Virus record (IMG/VR): IMGVR_UViG_3300043444_000196
Span: 3,499-67,498 of that record
Source: a virus
Direction: 5' to 3' (one strand)
DNA: 64,000 nt
The notes below the pieces were generated by a model. The model made no database searches and had not been told where the DNA came from. It saw only the letters and a list, made by a program, of their open reading frames with translations. Each line of letters begins with the position of its first letter. The first letter of the stretch is position 1. Of this stretch, positions 45,288 through 54,678 are shown piece after piece. Both the position numbers and the translations under genes were made by a program.

Positions 45288-48200
45288 TTAAGAAATTCGC
45301 AGCCACATGGTAAGCCCGTATGTACCTGCACAGAAGTTACTCCAACTATAGCCCATACAGCGCCAAGTACCACTTGGCGTGCCGGAGCCTCCTGTGCCCG
45401 GAGTCGATGCCGAAGTTACGTTCCACCCATTTCCATCTCGCCGCTGAATGCCCGCATATCGCAAACTAGAGCCTGCTAGCGTACTTCCTATCGAAACAAT
45501 TGATGAACTAACACTGCCGAGCATTGCGTAAGTACCTACTGCACCTGCCGCCGCTGCAGCGATCGTATTCAAAACATCAGCGGCGCTACCCGGAGGGCCT
45601 ACGGGGCCGGTAGGGCCAGTAGGCCCAGTTGGACCTGTGGGGCCGGGGGAGCCCGTAGGGCCAGTAGACCCCGGAGGGCCGCTAGGCCCTGTTGGGCCGG
45701 TAGCGCCTGTCGGACCCGTAGCGCCGGTATTCCCACGCGGAATTGTGAAGTTGAACGTGGCCGCAGAGGAGCTACCACTGTTCGTTACGGATGCGTTTGT
45801 ACCAGCAGCACCGGTTGTCGTTGTGCCAACCGTAATTGTTGCAGCTGTTCCTGTCGGACCTGTTGAACCTGTAGGACCCGTAGGCCCGGGAGAGCCTGTA
45901 GCACCAGTAGGACCCGTAGGACCCGTAGGACCTGCGACACCTTGAATACCTTGAGGGCCAGTAGGCCCAGTCGGGCCAGTAGGCCCAGTAGGACCAACCA
46001 ATGCAGCGTTTGCGATCGTGGCTTTCTTCAGCGCTGTGCCGGATGTGTCGTACACCAGCAAGTAGTCATCGCTTGCCACCTGACCGGAGGTCAGCTCAGT
46101 CTTGCCCGTGATCGCTGCGTTCTGCAGAGTGATCGACGGAGTAGCGTCGGCGGAGCCGTTGAACGACGTGCTGCCAGAGGCATCACCAGTCACACCGATG
46201 CTGCGCGAGGTAGTCAGCGTAGCGGCGCTACCACTGATGTTGCCAGAGATAGCCGAGCCGGGGATAGTCGTCGACGCAGTTGCTGCGCTTGTGCCGTTGC
46301 CGTACACGTAGCCAGTCAAGCTGGTGGCGCCAGTACCTCCGTTGGCCACGGCCAAGGTGCCCGAGATGTGGGTGGTCAGGCCGATCTTGCCGTAGCTAGG
46401 AGCCACACCCACGCCGCCAGAGATCAGGGCGTTACCGGTGGCCACGTCAGCCAAGCTAGCCAGCGTGCCGGAAGCCGACGCGTAGACGATGTCGCCAGTC
46501 GTGTAGCTGGTCAGGCCCGTGCCGCCGTAGCCAACACCCACCGTGGAGGCTGTCCAAGTACCTGCTGTCAAAGTTCCGACACCCGTGATACCGGTGTAAG
46601 AGCCAGTCAGTCGGCCAGACGGCAGGGTGCCAGAGCTGATGTTGGACGCGTTTGTGGTGTCCGTGGTGGCAGACGCCGCCAGACCCGAGATGTCTGCAGC
46701 GGCAACTTGTTGCCACGAAGGTGCAGCGGAGTTAGTGCCGTCACCCTGCTGCTGCAGATACTTCTTGGTCGTGGTGGTGTTGCCCGACAGTTTGCTCAGC
46801 GTGTTTGCTGCAGACGAGTACAGCGTATCGCCCAGCGTGTAGGTCGACTGGCCGGTACCCCCGTTTGTTGCAGGCAAAGAGCCGGACACAGCGCCAGACT
46901 GGTTCAGCGCCACAGCATTCCACTCGACGTTTGTACCGCCAGCGTTCATCACCAGCGACTTGTACGCAGAGCCAGCAGCCAGCTTAGACCATGTGTTCGT
47001 AGCAGACCCGTACAGCAGGTCGCCAGTCGTCACGGTCGAGGTGCCAGTACCACCGTTGGTGGCAGCTACGGTGCCCGTCAAAGACAGTGTGTTGCCTGTC
47101 AAGTTCAGCGGGGCGTTCACTACATACGAAGGAACTTGGCTGAACTCAGTAAACGTGATGTTCGTAGTACCGAATGTGATCGTATCGGTGTTTGTACAAA
47201 CAAACGAGAAGAAGCCAAGCGTAGCGCCACTGCTTACGAAGAAGTAGTCACCGCCACCAAGGTCGTTTGAAGAGCCTTCGCCAGCCTCGTCAGTATCAGT
47301 CGAGCGGGTCAGAACCCAGTTTGTAGAGCCCGAACCAACGGTCGTGACAACGTAAACACCGTTTTGGGTGCCAGTTGTTTGCTGCCACACGAGCACGCGG
47401 TCATTGGTCGATAGGCTCACCCCGTCAACAGACAGCGCTGCTTGAGCGCCAGAGTTGGTCAGCGTAGCGCCAACGCCAGAAGTGCCGTTGTTGTACGTAG
47501 CCGTCAGGTTGCCGGTCGTAGCCACGAGCACTGGAGTGTGAACGTGGAAGCCGTTTGATGTGGCGTTGTCAACGTATTGTTTGGTTGCTGCCTGCAAAGC
47601 CAGCGTTGGGTCTGCGTTCAGGGTAACCGTGCTGCCGAAGGTGGCTGCGCCAGTCACATCCAGATCACCGCCGACGTTCAGGTCGCCAACCAGCGTAACG
47701 CTCAGATCGGTTCCAGAAACGCGGATGGACTCGTTGGTCGTATCAACACCGCCAGCAAAGATAACCACGTCCTTGGCAGACGTTGCTGTACCGATGTATA
47801 GAGCGTCGCCGTCATGGAACAAGTAGCCAGAGCCGGGGGTGAAGATCGGGTAGTCAACGCTCGTGTAAGTCGAGCTGTTGATACCCATGTCGATGAAGTT
47901 CGTGTAGCCATCAGTCGTCAGATCGTTGTAAGCAACGAAGTCGGCAGAGGCGCTGGAGCCATCATTCTGGTTGATGTTGTAAATCTGCGCAAACAGATCC
48001 ACGTTACCGACGAACTTACCCAACTCAGCGGGCAGTGCGGGTACAGACGTAACGCCGCTACCGATAACGGTAATAGGACCGCCGTCAATCAGCGTTTCGC
48101 CGTTGGTCTCTTCGTAGATCGCCTTCTCTGCAGGGTAGGTGATGAACACCTCTTTGGTACCCGCTGAGAAATTAACTGCCGAACCTGCGTTCGACGACGC

Positions 48201-48434
48201 CATCACGGACGTACGGCTCAGCGTAGTCCCAGACAGCGTGAACGTGCCATAGCCCACCTCCCACTCGTCTTCAAAGCCGGTGGCAGTGTTGTGGATACAG
48301 TAGTACACGACAGAGCCAGTAGGTACGCACGAAGCAAACGTGCGATACCCATCGTAGGCTCCACCCAGCGTGACGGTGCCAGTACCTGTTGTGGTACTGG
48401 ATTCACGCACCCGGTCCTTCAGTACGAGGGCCAT
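45288..48434 (-). CDS. Tail fibre 1 with collagen-like GPT repeats
   Basis: LVLKDRV N-terminus, [12 protein letters not shown] repeats, two (GXY)n blocks, GTWRCMG tip. Confidence 0.88.
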   Translation of the reverse strand: MALVLKDRVRESSTTTGTGTVTLGGAYDGYRTFASCVPTGSVVYYCIHNTATGFEDEWEVGYGTFTLSGTTLSRTSVMASSNAGSAVNFSAGTKEVFITYPAEKAIYEETNGETLIDGGPITVIGSGVTSVPALPAELGKFVGNVDLFAQIYNINQNDGSSASADFVAYNDLTTDGYTNFIDMGINSSTYTSVDYPIFTPGSGYLFHDGDALYIGTATSAKDVVIFAGGVDTTNESIRVSGTDLSVTLVGDLNVGGDLDVTGAATFGSTVTLNADPTLALQAATKQYVDNATSNGFHVHTPVLVATTGNLTATYNNGTSGVGATLTNSGAQAALSVDGVSLSTNDRVLVWQQTTGTQNGVYVVTTVGSGSTNWVLTRSTDTDEAGEGSSNDLGGGDYFFVSSGATLGFFSFVCTNTDTITFGTTNITFTEFSQVPSYVVNAPLNLTGNTLSLTGTVAATNGGTGTSTVTTGDLLYGSATNTWSKLAAGSAYKSLVMNAGGTNVEWNAVALNQSGAVSGSLPATNGGTGQSTYTLGDTLYSSAANTLSKLSGNTTTTKKYLQQQGDGTNSAAPSWQQVAAADISGLAASATTDTTNASNISSGTLPSGRLTGSYTGITGVGTLTAGTWTASTVGVGYGGTGLTSYTTGDIVYASASGTLASLADVATGNALISGGVGVAPSYGKIGLTTHISGTLAVANGGTGATSLTGYVYGNGTSAATASTTIPGSAISGNISGSAATLTTSRSIGVTGDASGSTSFNGSADATPSITLQNAAITGKTELTSGQVASDDYLLVYDTSGTALKKATIANAALVGPTGPTGPTGPTGPQGIQGVAGPTGPTGPTGATGSPGPTGPTGSTGPTGTAATITVGTTTTGAAGTNASVTNSGSSSAATFNFTIPRGNTGATGPTGATGPTGPSGPPGSTGPTGSPGPTGPTGPTGPTGPVGPPGSAADVLNTIAAAAAGAVGTYAMLGSVSSSIVSIGSTLAGSSLRYAGIQRRDGNGWNVTSASTPGTGGSGTPSGTWRCMGYSWSNFCAGTYGLTMWLRIS
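45290..45545. repeat. 256-bp direct repeat, copy B (fibre 1 tip)
   Basis: Matches 42335-42590. Confidence 0.95.
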
Positions 48435-48446
48435 GGCGACCCCCTA

Positions 48447-48881
48447 TTAAGCGATACGGATGATGGCGCTGGAAGAGTCAGCAGTCGGGAAGTTGATCGT
48501 GAAATCACCCGCTGTAGAAGTCTTGTCACCACCAAAGTCCAGAACTGCGACGGACGGGTTGGTTGTACCGTTGGCCAAGTAGATCAAAGCGCCGCGAGCC
48601 GTGATTGTCGCAGTGCTCCAAGTCGTGTTGGAGAAGCTCAAGTACGCAGTGGTGCCAGAAGAAGTCGGGTTGGTGCTGATGGTCAGCGTGTTCCCGCCAG
48701 CCGTGTAGCCCGTACCAGAAGTTTCGTTGGAAGACGAGTACGCCGTGGTAGAAGCGCCCAGCGTAGCCGAAGACGTGAACAGAGCGATTTTGAAAACTTG
48801 AGACGTGCCGCTAGAAAAGTCAAAAGTACCGTCGAGGATACCGACCTTGAAGCTGGTGCACATTGCCTGAGAAATTGCCAT
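48447..48881 (-). CDS. Virion structural protein
   Basis: SFK..FKIALFTS..GYTAGG..TARGALIY..LDFG. Confidence 0.75.
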   Translation of the reverse strand: MAISQAMCTSFKVGILDGTFDFSSGTSQVFKIALFTSSATLGASTTAYSSSNETSGTGYTAGGNTLTISTNPTSSGTTAYLSFSNTTWSTATITARGALIYLANGTTNPSVAVLDFGGDKTSTAGDFTINFPTADSSSAIIRIA

Positions 48882-48897
48882 GATGGGCTCCTAAAAT

Positions 48898-49554
48898 TTA
48901 AGTTACAGCGACACGGGCCTGACCAGATCGGTAGGCGTCCTGCCGTTCCAACCCGTCGCCAAGGCGTTTGGCCAATGCGACAGCTTCTTTGTACTTTGCG
49001 TCGTACAACTGGATCATGTCTTGCTCACCCTTCATGAAGGTGTACGCCTCGACAAGCGACCCGTACAACAGCACGGTGTCGAAATTATCCCCCAACCATG
49101 ACGTACCTGCATCAACAATCGACTGGGGGTAGAAGAAATAGTGCAACTCAACGTCGTAGTTGGCATCCGGAGTTGGGCCAAGAATGAACGTCAATTCATC
49201 AGCATTTGTGGACTGTGGACCAAACAACGCGTAGTACTTGGGGATGCCCGTAGACGTTGGCGTTGGGTACGCTTGACGGATAAAGTTCACATCCTTGTTC
49301 AGCAGGTACTCGTACGCGCCGTCCTCGTCAATCACAGCCAACGAGTAAGACGACAGAAAGTCGTTCGGGCAAGCCAGATACTTGTTGTTGATCGTGGCCG
49401 TACCGGTCACGTTCTTGCGCAGAGATGGGAACTGAACTGAGTTGTAGATGCGCTGCTCGGCCTGCTGCACAAACAGCGGGATGTTGTCCACGAACTCGGT
49501 TTCGTAGTTCTGGGTGTAAGACTGGATCGCAGCCGACAGCTCAGTGTAGTTCAT
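48898..49554 (-). CDS. Head-tail adaptor-like protein
   Basis: MNY.EL, AEQRI, PTPD..Y, LLYGSL. Confidence 0.7.
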   Translation of the reverse strand: MNYTELSAAIQSYTQNYETEFVDNIPLFVQQAEQRIYNSVQFPSLRKNVTGTATINNKYLACPNDFLSSYSLAVIDEDGAYEYLLNKDVNFIRQAYPTPTSTGIPKYYALFGPQSTNADELTFILGPTPDANYDVELHYFFYPQSIVDAGTSWLGDNFDTVLLYGSLVEAYTFMKGEQDMIQLYDAKYKEAVALAKRLGDGLERQDAYRSGQARVAVT

Positions 49555-49766
49555 TACATTACTCCGCCGCTAGCCCAAGGCACAGAAGTCGCCCAAATCT
49601 GGACGTGCTGCTTGGGTTGCCAAGGACTGCCGCACGCTGTGCACACACCGGTCTCAGCTTCTTCGCTGCTCACGGGGTCTTCACAAACGGCACAAAGCAC
49701 TTCGACGACGTGTCGAGGCTCGACAACGCCGTCACCTAGGTCTCGTGCAGCAAACTCTTGCTTCAT
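49554..49766 (-). CDS. Small Zn-finger protein
   Basis: CAVC...CTAC. Confidence 0.7.
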   Translation of the reverse strand: MKQEFAARDLGDGVVEPRHVVEVLCAVCEDPVSSEEAETGVCTACGSPWQPKQHVQIWATSVPWASGGVM

Positions 49767-49963
49767 GCCATTGGGCCTCGGGCCATTACACCCTTGGTCG
49801 CAGCGCCAGTACCACGGATTTTGATGCCAGTCTTCTTGACTGGGTACTCACCCTTGGACTTGTCGATGTTGCCCACCGATGCGTCATAGGTCGACAGATC
49901 GCCTTCGAGCTTTCGGCTGTTGGTGGCGTTGGCCACTTTTTTGGGTTGCTTGTACGTTGCCAT
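49763..49963 (-). CDS. Small basic protein
   Basis: GAGG RBS; RGTGAATKG. Confidence 0.7.
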   Translation of the reverse strand: MATYKQPKKVANATNSRKLEGDLSTYDASVGNIDKSKGEYPVKKTGIKIRGTGAATKGVMARGPMA

Positions 49964-49964
49964 A

Positions 49965-50156
49965 TCAGCCTCGCTTGCTTGCTGCGGCTTTAGCCAAACC
50001 ACGGCCCATTTTCAGCATGTCGGCATCGGTCTTGCCACCACCAACTTTGTGAGCGGGGCCGGACTGAATGCCCTTGCTAGGGCCGGTGTCGCCGAGATTT
50101 TTGCCTTTGGTTTTGCCCTTTTTGGCAACGCCGTCTGCGGATTTAGTGAATGCCAT
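49965..50156 (-). CDS. Small basic protein
   Basis: AGGAG RBS; ADGVAKKGKTKG. Confidence 0.75.
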   Translation of the reverse strand: MAFTKSADGVAKKGKTKGKNLGDTGPSKGIQSGPAHKVGGGKTDADMLKMGRGLAKAAASKRG

Positions 50157-50166
50157 ATTGGCTCCT

Positions 50167-50556
50167 TTAGTTCGTCACTACCGTTACTGTACCAACATTT
50201 CCCGTTGCAACCAAGTCATTTGGTGTCAATGGGTCATCAAATAGCCGAGAACCCCCGACAGGGTTCCAGCCCCACTGGAAAACACGACTGCCACCGCCCA
50301 ACGATCCATCCGACAAAACACCCGAGGTGTAGTACGTCGTGTCCCGGCGCGGGTTACGCACAGCCTGCGGATCATCCACAGGAAACGTTCCAAGCATCAG
50401 CTGCGGCTGATCGGGGTCCCAGCAGTCGTGGCACACCAGCAAGTTGTACTTACGCTGTTTGATGACCTCGGTTTTGAGCTGCTTGAGCTTGAACTGCTGG
50501 CCGCAGCGATCGCACTCCGCGATGCTGTTCTTGCCAGACGCGAAGCGGTTAGACAT
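50167..50556 (-). CDS. Zn-ribbon protein of the head cluster
   Basis: CDRCG...CHDCWD..PQL. Confidence 0.75.
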   Translation of the reverse strand: MSNRFASGKNSIAECDRCGQQFKLKQLKTEVIKQRKYNLLVCHDCWDPDQPQLMLGTFPVDDPQAVRNPRRDTTYYTSGVLSDGSLGGGSRVFQWGWNPVGGSRLFDDPLTPNDLVATGNVGTVTVVTN

Positions 50557-51254
50557 TAAAACCCGCCCCCAATGAACATCTGCCGGGGGACGAACCGCAC
50601 TGCGGCTTTCTCGCGGTCTTCATCAGCGGCCAGCTGCCAAGCCTCGTCGTACTGCGCTTTGAGCACGCCCAAACGGTCAAGGGCGCCCGGCACCTTCATG
50701 GCCATGTAGTACGACAGCCCAGCAACCATAGCGTTGTAGAAGCGGAAGGGCATATCCATCGTGTTCACGCCGCCCCCAGCGTCTTGGATGCGGCGCAGGC
50801 GCCAGTACACAAGCGTGTAGGTAGTGGAGTTGTCTGGCACCGGCCAGACCGTGAACCGAGGCGTGTTCAGCCGCTCAATCCAAATCTGAATTGGTCGGGC
50901 CTGCTGCAGCTTGTTCGGGATTGTGGCGTAGGTTGGCTCGCTGATCCGGGTAATAGTCAAGTCTGCCTGTGTCGACGCCGAACCGGCGCCCGTGCGAATC
51001 ACGTGATCCAACAGGTCAACCGTATCCGCCGGCAAGTTGTACGTAGCCGTGCCGGGCGTCAGCACCTGCTGGCCCTGCTCCATCGTCCACATGTTGATAC
51101 CGCGGTTGGCCCAATCAGTGAACATCAGGTTCAGCGAACGGCGCGCCGTGCGCAGGTCATAGCCCGTCCGGAGCTCGCCACCGCAGCGCTCAAACGCCTC
51201 CTCAACGATCTCGGTGAGGTCGGGATTAAATGTGGTGACGCCGGAAGTTGTCAT
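50556..51254 (-). CDS. Head-tail connector protein
   Basis: EEAFERCG, ARRSLN..WANRG, WPVPD. Confidence 0.75.
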   Translation of the reverse strand: MTTSGVTTFNPDLTEIVEEAFERCGGELRTGYDLRTARRSLNLMFTDWANRGINMWTMEQGQQVLTPGTATYNLPADTVDLLDHVIRTGAGSASTQADLTITRISEPTYATIPNKLQQARPIQIWIERLNTPRFTVWPVPDNSTTYTLVYWRLRRIQDAGGGVNTMDMPFRFYNAMVAGLSYYMAMKVPGALDRLGVLKAQYDEAWQLAADEDREKAAVRFVPRQMFIGGGF

Positions 51255-51424
51255 TTTTTACCCTTGGGTGCCGGTTGCCCAGCAAAGCTCAGGAAGTCCG
51301 TATTGTCGCGTCGCGGGTGTCGCACACCGTTCTCAAGGAAGTCGGTGTTATCCCGGCGTGCTTTACGCACGCCTTTGGGCATTTTAGAGGGGGCGATGGC
51401 CCCCATACCGCGGCTGGCGCGCAT
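51251..51424 (-). CDS. Small basic protein (57 aa, MRASRGMGAI; not in ORF track)
   Basis: TAATG and ATGA overlaps on both sides; RRDNTDFL occurs twice. Confidence 0.7.
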   Translation of the reverse strand: MRASRGMGAIAPSKMPKGVRKARRDNTDFLENGVRHPRRDNTDFLSFAGQPAPKGKK

Positions 51425-51630
51425 TACATCATCATCCCGCGGGTCTTGCCGCGAACGGCGCAGCCGTCAGCACGCTTGGAAGCGGAGCCGACTTTGCCAC
51501 CTTTGGCGTAACGCTCAGGACTGGGCATAGCCTTGTCGTATGCACGACCAGCGGCCTCCGCGTCTTTCATGTCCTGTGCCTCTTGCATTGCAGCTTCTTG
51601 AGCTGCGGAACGTTTTTTAGCTGTTGCCAT
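51424..51630 (-). CDS. Small basic protein
   Basis: GAGG RBS; YAKGG..ADGCAVRGKTRG. Confidence 0.75.
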   Translation of the reverse strand: MATAKKRSAAQEAAMQEAQDMKDAEAAGRAYDKAMPSPERYAKGGKVGSASKRADGCAVRGKTRGMMM

Positions 51631-51638
51631 GTTGGGCC

Positions 51639-51989
51639 TCACTTCTTTTTGGTCATGCCGCCGCCACACATGGCGACTTGGGTGCCTTTGGTCTTGCCGC
51701 GCTTGGCGACACCATCAGCGGACTTTGTGAAGCCGCCCTTGGCCAGCTTCGTCATTGGTTGCCCTTTATGCAGGCGAGACTCGTGTTTGTTTACGGCCTT
51801 CTGCATCATGGCCTTGTCCATTTTCACATCTTCATGCTTCATGTCGCCACCTTTTGCGAATTTGCGGCCCTTGTCCGCTTGGTTGAAGTCTTTGCCCACA
51901 GAGGTGGGCACGCCTACTTTCTTTGCGAACTCCGGGGAGTGCGCGACAGCCGCCATAAAGCGGGCCTGCTTTTTACTTGTCGACGGCAT
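51639..51989 (-). CDS. Small basic protein
   Basis: MPSTSKKQARFMAA; FAKGG, LAKGG, ADGVAKRGKTKG. Confidence 0.75.
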   Translation of the reverse strand: MPSTSKKQARFMAAVAHSPEFAKKVGVPTSVGKDFNQADKGRKFAKGGDMKHEDVKMDKAMMQKAVNKHESRLHKGQPMTKLAKGGFTKSADGVAKRGKTKGTQVAMCGGGMTKKK

Positions 51990-52170
51990 CATCGCCCCCA
52001 CGCCCAGTCCACCCACGGACCGTGTCGGTTTCCCAGATACGAATGCCGGTCCAGACAATCGTAAATACTGCGGCGATTGACGGTAGCATTTCTACAAGCG
52101 TTCCGAGAACTGTGAACACAGAAACTGCATCCACTACATGTTTGGTTGATTCCGACAATTCGTGTTTCAT
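51973..52170 (-). CDS. Small 2-TM membrane protein
   Basis: Hydrophobic core; IRIWET. Confidence 0.7.
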   Translation of the reverse strand: MKHELSESTKHVVDAVSVFTVLGTLVEMLPSIAAVFTIVWTGIRIWETDTVRGWTGRGGDDAVDK

Positions 52171-52171
52171 A

Positions 52172-52426
52172 TCAGCACTTCCAAGCCCGCAGGCTCTTGT
52201 TGATACGGCTGTCTGGGTCTTTGGCGGTCTTCGCACTGGTCAGCTTTTTCTTCATGCCCTCCATACGAGCGCAAAAAGAGTCGCGGCGTGGGCCGCCCTC
52301 TGGTTGAGGGGCCTTGAGTCCGGGCTTGCCGGGGTTCGCCTTGTTGTAGGAGGCACGGCCCTTGGCGTTCAATCCGCCTTTGGGATTCTTGCCTTCCTTG
52401 CGCTGCCATGCGGGTGACTTAGCCAT
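52172..52426 (-). CDS. Basic phage protein (DUF6321-like)
   Basis: AWQRKEGKNPKGGLN..RRDSFCARM..RAWKC. Confidence 0.75.
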   Translation of the reverse strand: MAKSPAWQRKEGKNPKGGLNAKGRASYNKANPGKPGLKAPQPEGGPRRDSFCARMEGMKKKLTSAKTAKDPDSRINKSLRAWKC

Positions 52427-52697
52427 AGAACACCGTGACTTTTGCGTTTGTCAGGGTAGCGTACACAGACGTCTCGAACAGCACGCCATTAGCGGGAATA
52501 ACCACGCTGAACGGCTCGCCATTAGCCATCGTGTTGACGGTAAACAGCGTGGTGCCGCCGGAACCGCCATCCTTGAAGACTACGCTACCGGCGCTTGCAC
52601 CGGGCTCGACCAACGCGCCACGCACGCGAGTGCGGGCGCTAAAAGCGGACCCCGATTCGGCCAGTGATACGGCCATTACATCGGTTTGCATACCCAT
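52419..52697 (-). CDS. Hypothetical structural protein
   Basis: AGGAG RBS; beta-rich. Confidence 0.7.
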   Translation of the reverse strand: MGMQTDVMAVSLAESGSAFSARTRVRGALVEPGASAGSVVFKDGGSGGTTLFTVNTMANGEPFSVVIPANGVLFETSVYATLTNAKVTVFYG

Positions 52698-52710
52698 GTC
52701 GGGCTCCTAC

Positions 52711-52965
52711 TTAGGAAGAAGAAATAGCAGCCAGTGTGTCGCACCGCAGCCAGTTGGTGCCATTGCCAAACGCAACCACGGGGTTACCGGCGGCGCCGTC
52801 AGACACATAGATCATCTTGCCAGCAGTTTCAGTGGTGGGGGCGGTGGCCACGGTGTAAGCGGTCAGGGTGATGGTGCCAGCGACATCGCCAGTCACGTTG
52901 CCAGTGATAGCGCCAACAAAGCCATTGTCAGACGTGACGGGGCCGGAGAAGGTGGTATTTGCCAT
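52711..52965 (-). CDS. Putative capsid-associated protein (MANTTFSGPV)
   Basis: TGAGG RBS; position downstream of the capsid gene. Confidence 0.7.
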   Translation of the reverse strand: MANTTFSGPVTSDNGFVGAITGNVTGDVAGTITLTAYTVATAPTTETAGKMIYVSDGAAGNPVVAFGNGTNWLRCDTLAAISSS

Positions 52966-52973
52966 GATGATTT

Positions 52974-53050
52974 CCTCACATGCGAGTTGGGCGTATCTGT
53001 CTGCATGTCGTCAGTCGGGCCTGTCAGATACGCGGGGGAGTCCCGAGTTG
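52974..53050 (-). ncRNA. Structured pseudoknotted leader RNA, candidate Mu-gpT-DE motif
   Basis: 9-bp stem GCGUAUCUG/CAGAUACGC plus crossing pairs ACAUGC/GCAUGU and UCGGG/CCCGA; family name inferred from context only. Confidence 0.6.
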
Positions 53051-53055
53051 ACTGC

Positions 53056-53084
53056 AATATATCACTGCGGGTCGGTGGGGTCAA
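53056..53084 (-). promoter_or_regulatory. Sigma70 promoter inside the 3' end of the HNH gene
   Basis: TTGACC-N17-TATATT with extended TG. Confidence 0.7.
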
Positions 53085-53664
53085 TGAGCTTGTTGGACTT
53101 TTTCAAATTTTCATCCTGCGTGATGACCCGCAGGTTCCATGGCACATGTAGGCCGCAAACGCCGTCGCCGCGCAGCGGCACGATGTGGTCGACCACGTAT
53201 TGCTCCCCTGTTGTCTGGGTCATGGTGATGGCAATTTGGTACAGCTGTCGAATTTCCGACTTCTGCTTGCGGGTAAGCCACGCCGGCGTGGCCTCCCTGT
53301 GTTTACGGCGCCGTGCTTTAGTGTCGGCGCGTACTTGCGTCTTGTTTGCTGCTTTCCACGCATTGCGGTACTCGCGCAACACATGCGCAGGGCGTGTGGC
53401 GGCGGCTTGCATTACTTGCTCACGGTTCTCGTGGTACCACTCGTGTTTGCGATCCTTGACATCAGCACGCTTGTTGTATTCGCGGAAGTACTGCGCCCGC
53501 GTGTCCGCGGATTTCTGCCACTCCAGTTTTAGGCATTCAACACAGGCCCCTTTTGTTTTGCGGGGGGCAACATGGCCATGTTTGCACGGCTCGCCTGTGA
53601 AGTAGTACGGGGCGCCCGCAGCTTTGGCTTCGGCACGGGTTTTGGGGAGGTTTGTGGTGTCCAT
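53062..53664 (-). CDS. Free-standing HNH homing endonuclease
   Basis: YFTGEPCKHGH..CVEC; VDHIVPL..VCGLHVPWNL..N. Confidence 0.88.
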   Translation of the reverse strand: MDTTNLPKTRAEAKAAGAPYYFTGEPCKHGHVAPRKTKGACVECLKLEWQKSADTRAQYFREYNKRADVKDRKHEWYHENREQVMQAAATRPAHVLREYRNAWKAANKTQVRADTKARRRKHREATPAWLTRKQKSEIRQLYQIAITMTQTTGEQYVVDHIVPLRGDGVCGLHVPWNLRVITQDENLKKSNKLIDPTDPQ

Positions 53665-53718
53665 TGGTGCTCCTGTGACTTAGTAACAGGTAATGTACCA
53701 CAAGTTCGCGGGAAAAGA

Positions 53719-53742
53719 AAAAGGGCCCCGTAGGGCCCTTTT
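53719..53742 (-). terminator. Intrinsic terminator after the capsid gene (possibly bidirectional)
   Basis: AAAAGGGCCC-CGTA-GGGCCCTTTT. Confidence 0.8.
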
Positions 53743-53757
53743 AGTACCACTTGGGTA

Positions 53758-54666
53758 TTAAGCTCCGGGGGAGCCGTACACGCCGAGGGGATCGCTGACG
53801 CCGAACGAATAACGCTCGCGAGCCTTATAGCGCACGTTGCCGGTGTCAAAATCACCATCCATGGAATTTTGCAGCGGGGTACGCACAAAGTGCTTCAGAC
53901 CGTTAGGCACGTCAGTGGTCAGGAACCAAGCGTTGGTGTCGGTCAACCAGTGGTTGATCGCATAGCCGTCAGGAATCGAGCCATTGTTCTTGATGGCGTT
54001 GATGTCGTTGTCGGCAGTGCCCACGCGCAGGCTGGTTTCCAACAGGCGGGTTGCAACGAATTGCAGTGCTGGAGGAATGATCAGCTTCTTGGGCTTGGCA
54101 GCGATCAGCAGGCCGCGTTCGTCGGTCCAAGCAGCGATCTGGATCACGGCGTTTTCCAACGACGTTTCGTTCAGGTCGGCAGCGACAGACGGGCGGTTGC
54201 TGTTGGTACCACCAGAGATCAGGGGGTGCGCGGTGTTGAACAGGGACACGCCGTCGCCGTAAGTGACGCCGGAGTTGAAGCCTTGGTTCAGCACGTAAGC
54301 GGCCTTGACCTGCTTGGTGTATGCCATGGCACGAGCCAGAGCCTTGGTGTAGCGGCTGGACAAGCTGTCGTACAGGTTGTCTTCCACTGCTTCTTCCGTG
54401 ATGGAGAAGCCCATGGCGATGGTTTCGTGGTTGTAACGAGCGGTCCAAGCTTCCTGCGCATTGTCATAAGCAATGGCAGAGCCTTCGTTCTTCACCGGAG
54501 CGGCGGAGAAGCCAGACAGCTTGGTTTCCTCTTCAAAGCTACGCTCCGAAGTTTCGGTTTCGTAGATTTCCTTGTGCTCCTCGCCGTAGCGAGCATATTC
54601 CAGACCGAACAAGGCGTTCAGGCCGGGGAGCAGTTCTTTCAGTAGTTGGGCACGAGAAATAGCCAT
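53758..54666 (-). CDS. Major capsid protein (Mu gpT-like)
   Basis: 302 aa, strongly biased codons, KLIIPPAL, YKARERYSFG; follows scaffold; terminator downstream. Confidence 0.88.
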   Translation of the reverse strand: MAISRAQLLKELLPGLNALFGLEYARYGEEHKEIYETETSERSFEEETKLSGFSAAPVKNEGSAIAYDNAQEAWTARYNHETIAMGFSITEEAVEDNLYDSLSSRYTKALARAMAYTKQVKAAYVLNQGFNSGVTYGDGVSLFNTAHPLISGGTNSNRPSVAADLNETSLENAVIQIAAWTDERGLLIAAKPKKLIIPPALQFVATRLLETSLRVGTADNDINAIKNNGSIPDGYAINHWLTDTNAWFLTTDVPNGLKHFVRTPLQNSMDGDFDTGNVRYKARERYSFGVSDPLGVYGSPGA

Positions 54667-54678
54667 GATTCAGACTCC

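Noticed and set aside
42335-45545. Diversity-generating retroelement (TR/VR pair)
   Set aside because: Mismatches are not adenine-specific, both copies are coding, and no reverse transcriptase is present
52990-53035. Hammerhead ribozyme suggested by CUGACGA
   Set aside because: No correctly placed GAAA after stem II and no three-way junction geometry
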